DNA from: Vicugna vicugna | Lineage: Eukaryota | DNA length: 64,000 bases | NCBI GenBank assembly: GCA_013265495.1 | Contig: MU058241.1 | Span: 1,303,249-1,367,248, forward strand | Direction of reading: 5' to 3' | Shown here: positions 36,896-49,674 of the stretch, one piece after another | How positions within the stretch are numbered: position 1 is the first letter of the stretch | Layout: every line of letters begins with the position of its first letter | Program-made: the position numbers and the translations under genes | Notes under the pieces: model-generated | The model's input: only the letters and a program-made list of their open reading frames with translations | The model's database searches: none | Told to the model about the DNA's origin: nothing

Positions 36896-37552
36896 GTGAG
36901 GTTGATATTTGTTTCTAGTATTGAGGCAGGCTGAGACCTCGGACCTCTTACTGCAGCACCTGCACAGGCTGGGACCTGCACTTTGAGCAGCAAAATACAA
37001 AGAAACCACCAGGACTTAAAATAACTGCAAACATATGCAGTTGGGATGAATTATGGGAAAAAGATACTGAAAACAGAAATCCAGCTGCCATTTCTGAGCT
37101 GTCAGGAGCAAAAGCAGGGCATTGCACACGATAGCTGCACACACCATAATCAGGGTGTCAGACAGACCACTCAAACCCCTCTCCTCTCCACCCCAACACC
37201 TACAGGCTAAAGCATGAGAAAAACCATCCAAATCATCATGCAATTGAGCAGTTACAAATATCAGATGCTCACTGATGACAAAGCTACTTTGTACCTCGGT
37301 GGCATAGCTGTTGATTGCATAATGGTACAAAACAGTACAACTCTGCTCCTCTTGTATTAAGGTAATTGTTATAATGATTAACATATTGTGTTGACACAGA
37401 GGGACAGAGGATGTTATATTAAATTACAATAAATTTATTCATTTAACCAAAAGATGATTGATTGCAGCCCTGCAACTATGGCAAAAGGTAACATACTCTT
37501 CTCTATTCCAGTGGGGTGATCTCAGTCAAACAAGGGTATACTAAAGAAAAGA

Positions 37553-38127
37553 CTGCTTATCTAGTACTACTGTAAAACCACATGACAAACATCCCTTCGC
37601 TCAGTGGGTTAAAATAAAGTGCAGTTATTTAGCTCATGAGGTGGACAGGCAGATGTTTAGATTATGTTTAGCTGGGCAGTTCTTTGCTGTTTGCTGACTT
37701 CACTCACAAGGTGTGCCATGGTCTGGCTGTCAGCTGAGATACGTCACCATAGATCTCTTATTGCCAACAAGCCAGCCCAGGCATGCTCTCAGGACTAGGG
37801 GAGTAGTGGGAGCAAACGGAAAAGCACAAGCTCTTTTAGAACCTCTGCTTTTCATCTACTTTCCTTTGCTCTGCATCGTACACTTTAAATTAATAAACCA
37901 TATAGTTCAAGCATCTTAAAAAATTATTTTTTAATAACTAAAACCTTTGCTTTTGTCACAAGTGTTGACATCCGTTAGCTAAAGCATGAAACAAGGGTGA
38001 ACTCAGTACCGTGGGTGCAGACCACTGCCCCATCTAGTGCAATGAGGCGCCACAAACTCACACTGTGAAGGGTGTGGCTACAAGAAGGGGTGATGGATCG
38101 GGGCACTAATGCAATCTCTGTACCTCA
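37553..38127 (-). mobile_element. Old MLT1 (F/G/H-like) MaLR LTR, interrupted by an 87-bp insert
   Basis: ctcagtgggttaaaataaagtgcagttatttagctcatgag...gccagcccaggcatgctctc...aagggtgtggctacaagaagggg...ctacctca-type end. Confidence 0.65.
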
Positions 38128-39165
38128 AGGAACAGCTGAATATGGTGCAAAATACATGTTAGAGAATGGCAGCCATGTAGATGATACAGAATGTTTTGAG
38201 CACATCCTCCTCACTTTTTTTTTTTTGGGTTTCTTTTTCCCCCTCACTGTTTAAGAGTGCCTGCTACCCAGCGTGGACCTCATACCTAATTCATCCCGCA
38301 GCTGCCTGGGGAGACCAGGATGCTGAAAACTGGCACTGCCTAACCGCAATGCAGTTATGCTGTTACATCTGCAACAATCAACGGGTAACCCACGCACAAT
38401 CTTTTCTAAGCCAGAATAGTATCTTTTTGCTCTAAGTCATAAAAGTGAGAAGTCTCAAATGAGTAACTTACACAGTGTTGAACGGTTACCATTTCGTGAG
38501 ATAAATATTGATAAAAACTGGGTGTGTGGACAAACTTGAGAAAGACTTTCCTTCTTGACAAACATGTAAATAAAGACCTTTCTTTCAATAGTAGAACTTC
38601 AACTTCATTGCCCTCAGAATAATTCTATTAAAGGCATTCATTCATGGACAAACAGTGCAATGTTGAATTTAGTATACAACTTCCTACAAAAACACAACTG
38701 GAATTATACATCTGTTGGAAAAGTATTTTAATTGGCATATTATCTCACCTAAACTTTTTAATTTCTAAGTGTTTTCTTTAATCAAAATATGTCTCCAGAA
38801 ATAATCACCCCTCTCACATTAGAGTAACTCCCTTTGATTACTCATTAAGTATCTGTTTTTAAAATCAGACATATAAAAGCACTTTTTGTGCTGTCTTTAA
38901 CATAAACGGCCCATGAGACAAAGTCCCTCCAGAATTTGGCATCAGGAGAAAATTCATGTGACGAACTTGTTTGCTTCCTGTATCAGATTTCTTTAAAAAA
39001 GAGAATTTTGTGCCTTATCTTACTCCAAAAAGAACAGAACAAGCATTAGCACATACTTGCACTTTCTGCATTAGCCGAGGTTTGAATCCCTGGTATTATC
39101 TTTGGTAAGCATCTGCCTACGTATACTTCATAGTGAATTCTTTGGGCATGTTGGGTAGTGGGTAT

Positions 39166-40117
39166 TGTCTCATTTGCCCTTTGCTGCAGAGTTATACATT
39201 CCACACTTAGTGGTTCAAAACAGAGACTGTTTATTTTCTCAAGATACGGTAGAGTGATCGTTTGGGGAGGGCTCAGCGGATATCCCTCAACACCGCGGCT
39301 TGTCGTATCTCTGGATCATATTTCTGGGGCCTCGGCTGGGACAGCCAAGGTGTCATAGTGATGAACAAATTCGACGCCATGTTAGATCTGTCCCTTTGTC
39401 TCTAAGCCTGTGCTCTGTTGCCTGTGCTTAGTCATGCTGGAGCTGCACCTTTTGTAAAAGAATGAAATATACAGGAGAGCCCATTCTCAAGGCTCTGACC
39501 TTTAAGACTATAACACTTTCCCATTCATCTAGAGAAAAAAAGTTGCAGAACAGAAGATAACATTTTCCTTGTTGGTTTATGGGAACAAGACCTGACCTAC
39601 CCAGACAGCTGCAAGAGCAAAGGATATGGATACCAAGAAGTTTGCAACAACCAACCACACCCTCTACCCTTTTCAGTATAAAGGGAGCCTGAATTCTGAC
39701 TTGGGGAAGATGGTTCTCCGGGACATTAGTCCCCCATCATCTCAATCTGCCGACCTTCTGAATGAAGTCATTAATCCTTGCCCTAGCACCACAACTCCTG
39801 ATTTACCATCCCGCCGTGCGCTGAGCAGAACAAGTTAGGACTTGGTAACAAAGATAGCTGTGCCTCCGCTCCTTATGGTCTCACGTCCTCCAGGAGGCTA
39901 GCTCAGGCTTGTCCACATTACAACCCAGTCAAGAAAAACAGAAGGGGAAGCTACTTGGCTTCTACAAGTCCAGGCTTCAATTCTTATCAGCACTGCTTTG
40001 TTCAGCATTTCATTGGTGAAAGCAAACCACAAGGCAAGTCCCAATGGAAGGGGTAGGGAAAGAGCCTCTGTCTCTTGAGGTCTGCCGAAAATGTGTGACC
40101 ATCCTTAACCCACCACA
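39166..40117 (-). mobile_element. Old MLT1 (H/I-like) MaLR LTR split by an ERV1 LTR
   Basis: cacttagtggttcaaaacagagactgtttattttctca...[LTR]...cctccaggaggctagctcaggcttgtccac...cattggtgaaagcaaaccacaaggcaagtcc...cccaccaca. Confidence 0.7.
39351..39850 (+). mobile_element. ERV1-class solo LTR, same family as 23906-24452
   Basis: tgtcatagtgatgaac...ggacttggtaaca. It shares acaggagagcccattctcaaggctctgacctttaag and ggagcctgaattctgacttggggaagatggttctcc with the other copy. Near-TSD aagg/aaga. Confidence 0.9.
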
Positions 40118-42034
40118 GCAAGACACAGGGTAAATTCTAAGTGATTCACCCCCACAGGCAGTCACTGGGACAAACCCACAGACTTCTGCTGTAATGGAAT
40201 GCTAGACTTCCACTTAATGAAATGAAAATCCAAACGCGGTCAGTGGCAGTTCAAATATAAATAAAAGTAATTCATGTATATTTCAAGTGAATACAAGATT
40301 CATCAATTAAGGAAACATCAGACATTTCATAGTGTAAATGAATTACAGAGTCAGTGAAACAGAACTTAATTGCGATATATTGACACAGCTTATGACATCT
40401 TCTCAAAATACTTAAAAGAGTGAATTGAATTATAGATGTCCTGGGGTTTAAAACAAGTTTTTAATCTCGTTTTCTGTTATACTTTATCTTTTCCATTAAT
40501 GTAGACAGATTTTAAAATAAATATGGGGATGTGTATGTGTGTCTGTTCCCATGTCGTCTATAAGATGCAGCATGGTACTAAGAAAACATTAAAAATCAAA
40601 GAAATACGGACCTCAAAATCATCCCCCGCCCCCCAGCAACTATCTGCCTAAAACCACAGTCAGGTCTAGAAATAGCCAAAAATGTAAAATTACCAAGTTA
40701 AGTCACCGGACTTTAAAGAAAGGAGAACATAAGTTCATGGGCTTGTTTCTTATTAAGTATGCATTTCCCGATTCTCTTGAATTCTTGACTGAAGGATAAA
40801 CACTGAGGTCTCCCTCCATAATCTCAGTTTTGCACAATCATCTCAAAGCGAAGCAAGATAGCTACCACAAAAGCAGCATTTGAAAGCAGAGATTTCTCTC
40901 CATCTCCCTTTCCCCTCACCCCTCTTCTACACCCAAACGGATATAATTGTGGCTTTTTCATCTGAAGTGAGGCCCATTCCTAGCACAAGAAGGGCAAATA
41001 CACCAGAGGTATCTTGACAGCAAGGCCTTTTTGCAAAAGGGAGCAAATGAAATGCACTCTCCAGCGGCTCTGACAGGAGACGAGGTTCAGCAGTGAGCGT
41101 TCAGTTCAAGTACTCGGATGTCTCATTCAGACCCAAAAGGCAGAAGGCATCATTTGACAAGGCTAATTATAGGGCCGCGGCCATAAAGCAATCTCTGTGA
41201 TCTCTGGATGATTTCCTGTCTCCCTTTATGAGCGGGCGGGCACACCTAAGAATAGCTATTAGGGAGTCGACCTCCTCTTTGGCAGGAGGTGCGTTATTTC
41301 GCCATGAACTCAGGGCTGCCATTACTGTCATAAAAGCAGCCCATCTACAGTGACAGCTGAGAGTTAAAATGTGATCCCTGTGCAGGTTTCACAAAGACAT
41401 GCGGTGCTTTCCTGAGCATCCATACACAGTGAGCTCTTCCTTCCATGGCACGGAGACAGAAGAATAGCCAACAGATGAATCTTCCTCACGGTGGTGTGAG
41501 ACTCCCTTTGAGAAATACTGAGGAGTTCAGCAGTGTGGCAGGGACCACAGGTCTGGCGCAGACATCAGGAACGTCTTATGCCAGCCGTGTAGGGAATTAG
41601 CTACCCTAAGTGTCTAGTCTACTGTCAAAGGTCCACGTTTCATGAACAGGAAAAGCAATTAGCTGATAGGTTACCCTACTGCTGATAACCATATTGCATG
41701 ATAGGACCCAACAAGGTGGCCTGTTAAGATTTTTAGATGCATGTGATTTTCAAAATATTTCCTCTTCACAAATACTTTGTAAAGGAGGTCTTGTAATGAT
41801 CACCGTCTTACAGATATGAATGCTGAGTCTTAAGAAGGTTAATTCACACACCTGAGCTCTTACAGGCAGAAAGAGGCGGAGGCGAATGTGATTTTTGTCT
41901 GGGTCCTGAATTCTGATTTTCACAGTCCTGAGATTCAGATGCTGTTTATCAAGTTCTTAACCTAAGAGAGGCGCTCGAGAGATGGTCAATGCTATCATTA
42001 CAAACAGGAAGATGATGCCAATCACTGTTCAGAC

Positions 42035-42222
42035 ACTGCTACACAGAAAATAGGTAGAGAACAAGGTGCTACTGTCGAGCACAGGGAACTATATTCAGTA
42101 TCTTATAATGACCTATAATGAAAAAGAATATAAAAAATAATCTATATATATATGTAAAACAGAATCACTTTGCTGTACACCTGAAACTAACACAACATTG
42201 TAAATCAACTGTACTTCAATTA
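42035..42222 (+). mobile_element. Short L1 3' end
   Basis: aacaaggtgctactgtcgagcacagggaactatattcagtatctt...tgctgtacacctgaaactaacacaacattgtaaatcaactgtacttcaatt. Confidence 0.9.
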
Positions 42223-42609
42223 ATGCCCCCACCTCCAAAGACACCGGGAAAAAGCATCCTTCAAAATCTAAAATGTAGGTATTCTACAGTCAATGACGTG
42301 GCTTCCCCAACAAATTGGTAGCACAGAAAAAGGCAGAGGGTGACAGAATAAAATTTGAAAAAACAAAAAGACATACTTTGGAAATACAGATAAAGGTTCC
42401 CACCATACACAATTCTGTTATCCCTCACGGAACTCTTTCATCTTATAGAAATTCAGAATTTCAACTTGAAAGCTTTCCAGCACTGCTTAGCCATCATCTT
42501 CCATCCCAGTAGGGACCTTGAGCTAAGAAAGTAAGTACACTGTCCGTATACTACAACTTTTTATTAAAAAAAAAACAAAGCCTAACCCCAAAAAGATAAT
42601 AAAGGAAGC

Positions 42610-42900
42610 CTAGCTTGAATGTAACCATAAAGAGATCAGACAAGCCTACATTAAAGACATTCTGCAAAACAGTTAACCTGGCTCTTCAAAAGTGTCAATG
42701 TCCGGCCACACCAAGACAGACTGAGGAATTATTCCAGATGAAAAGAGACTAAAGAAACAGGGCAGCTGAAGGATAATCGGGACCTTATTCTTACAACTGG
42801 CAGCATCTGAATTGGTCTAGAGAGAGAAGAGTTTTGGATCCGTGTAAAGTTGTCCTGATTTAGATCACTCAGCTGTGCTTATGTAAGACGATGCCTCATT
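42610..42900 (+). mobile_element. Old L1MC/L1ME 3' fragment
   Basis: atcagacaagcctacattaaagacattctgcaaaa...ctcttcaaaagtgtcaatgtc...gactgaggaattattccagatgaaaagagactaaaga. Confidence 0.65.
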
Positions 42901-43289
42901 TCACTGCATTGTTCCTACAGCTTTTATCTGTGTGAGTTCTCAATGTGCTGCAGGAAATCACTGCTGAATACTTCCATAAGATTCAAGTGTCTATACCCTG
43001 TCTGAAAAATACATCCCTCCCAACTTTGCTGTCTTGCATGCTCACCCAAAGTCTTCTGTTCTGAATTCACATTTCTGTTCAGTGATTTTCCTTCAACTCA
43101 ATATTTCTTGCAATGAAGCACAGTGCCACCTCCCAGCACAGCACCCTGCTTTATTTTAGACAATCTGGTAGCAATTTCAGAACACAGGGATGCATGAGGA
43201 GGGTAAAGCAGGAAGCACCGTTTTCCGGAAGTGAGCGAAACCCCCCTCTCTGACCATGCAGCCCAGGGAAGTCCGCCAGGGTGATCTCA

Positions 43290-43450
43290 GAAAGCACTGT
43301 TGCGCAGAGCGTGCTTTTCAGACCCGGGATATCAGCGTTCCCCGGGAGCTTGATACACAGGTCGATCCCCGGGACCTGCTCCAGGCCCACTGAATCAGTG
43401 TCCAGGGGCTTGGCTGGGCCATCCACAGTCTTAATAGAGTGTTTCTGAAA
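43290..43450. mobile_element. MER5A-like MITE
   Basis: cagagcgtgcttttcagacccgggatatcagcgttccccgggagcttgatacacag...ggcccactgaatcag. Confidence 0.55.
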
Positions 43451-43454
43451 CATT

Positions 43455-43700
43455 CCTTGTTTTTCATACCTCTGACAGCCGTGAGAAATAGTGGACAGGT
43501 ATTTTGCAGAACATTTCTTCTTTTGAGTTTGATGTTTTTCTCATGATTAGACAGGGTTTGGGTTGCAGACAGAGGTGAAGGGCCTTTCTGCTCACTTTGT
43601 ATCCCGGGAGACAGAGTCACAACCTGACTTACACTGGTAATGACCCTCCTCTTGACTTTGAGCTTGACCGTGACCACCTAGCCAGAGTATCTCCTGAGCT
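43455..43700 (-). mobile_element. Old L1MC-like 3' fragment
   Basis: ccttgtttttcatacctctgacag...aggtattttgcagaacat...gatgtttttctcatgattagacaggg, the same family as 7225-8960. Confidence 0.65.
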
Positions 43701-45336
43701 ATTCCTGTGGATGTCAGGGTGGCCAGAAGGAGGGCGGGAACCTCTACCCAGGGGACAGTGCAGGTCACATTGCCAATGGGACATCCAAACGGAATCAGTG
43801 GCAATTCAGGTCTGTCTTTCAGAGGAAAGATCTGACCGAGACAGACACCCACTCCCAGCCACCTCCCAAAGCGCCATGCGGAGTAAGCAAGTGGCATCAA
43901 CAATCTGGCCATCGTTCCCTGAGCAACTCCGCATCCCGATCACACCCCTCGTTCCTCATACTCACCCGAGGACAAACTGCCTCAGTGAGCAAACCACCTT
44001 CAGCATTTACAGTGACAGTGCTCCCGCACAGTATCAACATATTTATTTGAACTGAAAAATGGAATCTCGGGTTTTTTTTTGATAAATGATAGGTCCAGTT
44101 TCTATTTTTGATCAGACCATGACAACTGATGACTAGTTTTGCAAGGTTCATTATGGAATGTACATTTTTCCACCAGGAGATCTGAATCTGCTGGCCCAAT
44201 AGGTCTACCGAAATACATCTGATATACTGTATGTGTATCTGATACATGTATTACGTACCTGATACATTTATACGTACACAGATGTTATAAGACACTGATG
44301 ATGAAATACTTTGCCAGTGCTCAGCATATGAACATTTTAGATGACAAATTTAACACAGATGGGGAAATAGATTTTTCAGAACTATTTTAAAATAGTGGGT
44401 ACAGGAAGAAAAGGTTTGAAGAAGAGCGTGTGGTTCACCATTCACATTTAACATTTGAGATTGCACAGAGCTGATCTACAGACTAGGGGTAGTGAGCAAA
44501 GACCTGAGAGTGAGGGGTTGGGGGTGAGCAGGAAATGGAATGGAAGTGGAGGGACTGAGAGCAAACCACGGGAAATCATCTAGTAGTAGAAACAGCTGAC
44601 TTTCTTGCGGATAATAAGAACGGTTTCTATCATCGCTTCAGCGAAGGAGTAAGGGAAAGAAAACAGCATCTCTACTCCGAATCCTGGAGAATTTACAAGC
44701 AAAGAAAATATTGGAGCAGAGGGAAGACTGCTTTGCTTTGCATAGAAACAGTTCTTAGATTTTGACACCAAGATTCTCAGGGTTATACACGTTACTTTTT
44801 ACATTTCTACAACCAAAGCGCAGACATCTAGCTCCATATGGACCACGGGAACGGAAAGCTGGTCTCTGGAGAGAATGAACAGGAAAAAATACCCACTCAG
44901 TCTCAATTAGGGTTGGTAAATAGGGCTGCAGAAAAGGCCCCTAAATGAACGCATGGATAACGAAACGGCAGAGAGGCAGATGCGAGTGGGGCTGTGGGGA
45001 GAGGGCACATGGGGGTGGGTCATGAGGAGGGGTGGGGGCATCTTTTGGTTTTAAGAACAAAATAGGAAACATGAAAAAAACACACAAATCGTGAGAAAGG
45101 GTGGACGTGAGAAGCATGTAGCCTATATTACAGGGGACTCGACAGCTGTGTTCACCAGTGAGAAATCAACAAGCCAGAGCAGAGAAATAGGTAATGGGGG
45201 TGAAAAAGAAAAAGCTGTGTAACCTCAAGGGAAGGAGAAGGGGACGCAGGCTATGTTGTAAATCAAAATCGTCAGCGCTACAAGAGGAAGACTGAAAGAA
45301 TAAAGTATGAGGTTGGGGGAAAATGATCAAGGAAGT

Positions 45337-45394
45337 GGAGACTGACAAGGAAGGGATGTGAGGAGACTGACAAGGAAGGGATGTGAGGAGACTG
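45337..45394. repeat. 25-bp tandem repeat (2.3 copies)
   Basis: ggagactgacaaggaagggatgtga occurs twice, followed by ggagactg, with exact identity. Confidence 0.9.
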
Positions 45395-46431
45395 GAAGGC
45401 TTAATACAGAACTGCAAGAATAAGACCCTGAGAGGTGAGAAGGACGTGGTGTCACTCTCCAGGAGGTGAGTGAATAAAAGAGTGGGTGGATATTTCTGGG
45501 GCATGAGAAGGCATGCCCTGGCACTGCCTCCCATCCAAACCCCACCACACAAATTACTGAAGGATCCCAGATGAGTAAATCCCTGTAGACCGCAGAGGAG
45601 AGACAAGAGAGAAAAAGCAACAGAACAGTATCCATCCTATGTACAAACATTGTTTAGAAAGAATACTTTCCTTGACTGTATCCAAATAAATTGAATTGAT
45701 CATTGGCAAAATGTAAAGAAAGAGAAAGAGAGAGAGAAAAAGAGAGAGAGAGAAACAGAGAGAGACCTTCAACGTGCTTTTCTTTTTTGACAAAAGATAC
45801 GTCGTATCTTATAATACTCTTCTGGTGATTTAAAGATATATCATCCAGCCTTATAAATTTTACTAATCCACAACCACTATGTTCAGCTGTTCTTTATTCC
45901 AAGATCAAAATGAATGTATTTTTAGAGATCTCTATCCTGATTTGAAATTATTTCAGCTTCCTATATGGTTCTTCATTTTACTGATGCTGTTCTGTGAATA
46001 AAGATATTCACCTGCAGCATACAAGCAGTTTTGAATGAATGAAAGGGGACAGGATTTTATGTACAAGTAAAATAGTTCCCTCTCAAATAAACAGTCATGC
46101 AAGATAATTCAGTTTTAAATGCCTTGTGGGGTACTGTGTGGGCTACAGTGACACAGATAGACATTTCCTAGCTGATGAAATGTATGTGCTTTCGAGCAAT
46201 TACTTCTCTTACAGGGGTAATTATCTCAATATTCATGAATGAAACAAGACTAAACTAATGATGATGATAGCCTTAAAATCACACTTTTATCTCTCATCCA
46301 TTTTTATGTATCAGATAGAACCGAAGAAAATTTCCAGAAAGAAGCAGAGGAACAACATGATAGAAAAACCAATGAATAGAAACTAATCTGTAACTAACAA
46401 CAGAATAAAACATTAAAAGTTACTGTAACTG

Positions 46432-46593
46432 AAACAGGTTTCTACTGTACAGCACAGGGAACCATATTCAATATACTGTAGTAACTTACGGTGAAAAAGA
46501 ACATATGTATGTTCCTATATGACTGAAGCATTGTGCTGTGCACCAGAAACTGACACATCGTAAACTGATTATGCTTCAATAAAAATATGTATT
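46432..46593 (+). mobile_element. Short L1 3' end with TSD
   Basis: ctactgtacagcacagggaaccatattcaat...aaactgattatgcttcaataaaaa, flanked by ttaaaagttactgt on both sides. Confidence 0.9.
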
Positions 46594-46689
46594 TTAAAAG
46601 TTACTGTTAATTGTAATCTCTACGTTTGCAAAGTGAGGCAATGACACTGAAGATGTACAAATGACCCAGACTGCATTTATGAAGAAAAC

Positions 46690-46895
46690 TACAAAGTCTG
46701 AGACGGAAATACAGGAGATCAGGTGAACAGAAGATTAGACATTGCAGAAGAAGAAAAGATTAGCAACCCTGATGCTGTAGCAACAAAAACTATACATAAT
46801 GAAATACAAAGAGAGAAAAAACTAAAAAGGATAAGAGCCTCCATTTGCTGTGGGACAAATTCAAGCAGCCTAATACACATGTAACTGGACTCACT
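46690..46895 (+). mobile_element. Old L1 ORF1 remnant
   Basis: aacagaagattagacattgcagaagaagaaaagattagcaaccctga...ctgtgggacaaattcaagcagcctaatacacatgtaactgga resembles the L1M ORF1 coiled-coil region. Confidence 0.7.
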
Positions 46896-48294
46896 GCTTT
46901 TTATACAGACTTTCAGTGAAACCTCATTGCATTACTGTCTCAAATCCAGAGCACCTCTGGTTCAGAGATTTCAGGGAGTAAATTTATAATAAATGTATCC
47001 TAGATTTTTACCAGAATCACAGAGGGGAGTCACGGAAACGAGGTGATTAAAAAAAATCTTCCTACTTCATATACAATCTTCTGACCAATCTTACTTCTAG
47101 TCCAACTTCTACCCTTACCTGGGGAGGTAGCTTTCTATCTAAATTTTGAGCCTTTGGGGGTTATCTTATCCTGAAGGAGGCAAGCTGATTTGCACAAGAG
47201 TTTCAGCTTTGGTCTGTTTCATAAGTTATGATTTATCCACATGCTTTTTAACTTCCAAAAAAAATTTAACCCATCAGTGCCTAGTTGTGTCATTATTTAT
47301 CTGTGTTTTCATCCCTATGGAACTATATATTCTTTATTTCCATAATTTTATTAGTGGAGTTGGAAAAACTACGTTCATTAAGGAGCCGTTTGACCTATCA
47401 TGAATATCCAGAAGTCGCAGAATTTCCTGAAGTAGCTTTCAGGACAAAACTGTGGCCGTTGAACTTTATAAGCATCATCCTCTTTAAGAACATGTTTCTA
47501 TTACCCTTATACATTGAGTGTCTTAAATGAATACTGAAACCTCATGCCACAATCATCTATTCTCATAATCCTATCTGCTGCCATATTGTGTTCTGGAATT
47601 TACTGTCAAAGGGAGAAGTCTGATTATTTTCCTCCTTTCAACCATTTGTCCATTAATATTTTTACCCTGTCAGAAAGCTTATAGGCTCTTTTTCTCTCAG
47701 GTTGACGTTAAGGAGGAAAATCAACAGAACACAGGGGTGCCATTCATTGTTTGGCTCACTATGACATCCAAGGGTCCCCTCCTTGGACGCCTTTGGCTCT
47801 GTTATGCCTGAATGCTAGTTAACTTCATCCTGTTATAATCACGCTGGGCTTCCCTCTATAACACAACTTCCTCTCACCAATTTTACCTCTGTATTTTTTT
47901 TTAAATCTCAATAATAGGATAATGTCTAGATTTCACCTTCCAATTCACCCTTTTTAAGTACCCAGTGAACACTTCCCCGCTCTAATTGTAATTTTAAATA
48001 TTCAGACACCATCCCCATTTAATCTCTCCCATCCTTGATCTATCCTCCCATGACTGCTCTTGTTTCATAATCCCTCAAATTCTAGTGACAACGCCCTTGA
48101 GAAGATTTCTTACGGGCATTTAAATATCTAGACAGTCACTATTTCGTTCGCTCATCACTGTGGAAGACAGTGTCTGATTTTTTGCCTTACCGTTTCTCTG
48201 TTTGGGGAGCTGGGCATTGATCTACCTTAGGTGGCTCCCAACTTAGGTAGTTCAGCTTTCATACAAAGGGGAGAAAAAGACAAATCGAGTTCTG

Positions 48295-48400
48295 TTTTTT
48301 TTTTTTTTTGGTTTATTTTTTTGATGGAGGTACTGAGGATTGAACCCAGGACCTCGTGCATGCACAGCACGTGCTCTACCACTGAGCTCTACTCTCCCCT
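48295..48400 (-). mobile_element. tRNA-Ala-derived SINE (Vic-1-like)
   Basis: Poly-T followed by tggaggtactgaggattgaacccaggacctcgtgcatgcacagcacgtgctctaccactgagctctactctcccc. Confidence 0.9.
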
Positions 48401-49430
48401 CCAAATCAGGTTTTCTGCAACTTCACTTCTCTCTATGGCCAAAGCCATGGTCCCTTGGGAGTCAGAAGGGCTATGGACTTGGGGGCTGCTGTCGACAGAG
48501 GCAGCCTATCTGGTGGAGAGCCGTTTGTTGGTCTGCTGTGGCTGTGGACAGGTGGATGGAGCTGAGAGCAATGCCTGCAGCTAACACAGCAGCTAGCCCA
48601 GGAGGAGCGTGGCGGCCCCTCCTTGCAAAGACTCTGTGCTAACGTAGACAGACTGGGCAAGGACCCCAGGACAAGGATTGTGCTCCACCTTGCTCCCCCT
48701 TTCAAAGTGCCCCGAGACGGGCACTGTCTTCTCCCCGGTGTTGTCTGCCCTCAGCCTCATCTCGATTCCAGCTCTCTCCTTCTGCCTTATAAAGGGTATG
48801 CCTTGGTGAAGCTTTCCTTCACGTGTGAACTGCCCTTTAACAAAACCGTCCTTCTTCCTTATCTGTATTTCACACATGAGAAGCACCAATTGCCACTTTT
48901 CAGAAATAAATTATTCTTTCATTATATACGTGTTGGTCATTTTCATTGGATTTGGAAAGAAGGAAGGTAAATTGAAAGTTATCTTGAGTTGAAAATCTCT
49001 CCTGTTCAGTCATTGTTTAATCTGGGCTAATCAATTCCAGTTCCTTTCATCTATTTGCATGTAATTTATCCCTTTAATCTTCTTTAATAGTCTTCCCTAA
49101 GCCCTCTCTAAGATCATTAACACTCTTTTATATAAGGCCACATACAGGGGACAGAGTTCCCCAATTACGAAAGGATATTACCCAGGGATGCAACGTGACT
49201 TTTAGCCAATAATCGTAAAGTCTTTATTCCACAACTGTACAGTACAGTGCAGAGGTTCAAAGCACGGCTATCATCAGTGTGACTTTGGTCTTGCAGAAGG
49301 ATAACTCCAAACCCCGTTGGACTTTCCATCCAGGCACAAAGCCAGCACCACACTCCTACAATTAGGTGGGGCCATATAACACCTGCTGTGGTTCTGGACA
49401 ATGGAACATAGTCAGAAGAGATGGGCGTGA

Positions 49431-49620
49431 GGGGTGGGTAGAGCTCAGTGGTAGAGCACATGCTTTGCATGCAGGGGGTCCGGGGTTCAACCCCCAGTAC
49501 CTCCATTAAAAAAAGAAAAACACTAAAGAGAGAGAAGCATTATATAAGTAAGTAAGTAAGTAAGTAAATAAATAAATAAATAAATGGATGGATGGATGGA
49601 AGGAAGGAAGGTTAAAAAAA
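49431..49620 (+). mobile_element. tRNA-Ala-derived SINE (Vic-1-like) with compound microsatellite tail
   Basis: ggggtgggtagagctcagtggtagagcacatgctttgcatgcagggggtccggggttcaacccccagtacctcca. The tail contains (TAAG)n(TAAA)n(TGGA)n(GGAA)n. Confidence 0.9.
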
Positions 49621-49674
49621 TGATGTGCAGCATTTCTAAGTCTGGCTCTTAAAACCTGACTGGATAATCCTTTA

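Noticed and set aside
23906..39850. Two same-family, same-orientation LTRs 15 kb apart as one provirus
   Set aside because: Each LTR has its own TSD (atca and aagg/aaga), they are clearly diverged from each other, and the interval has no PBS or gag/pol/env. They are independent solo LTRs.
43597..44055. Longest ORF (152 aa, +)
   Set aside because: It starts at a non-ATG codon within an L1MC remnant, has no recognisable domain and has no convincing exon structure.
45166..45650. 146-aa and 107-aa minus-strand ORFs
   Set aside because: These are low-complexity L/S/F/P-rich translations of a purine-rich tract that includes a 25-bp tandem repeat.
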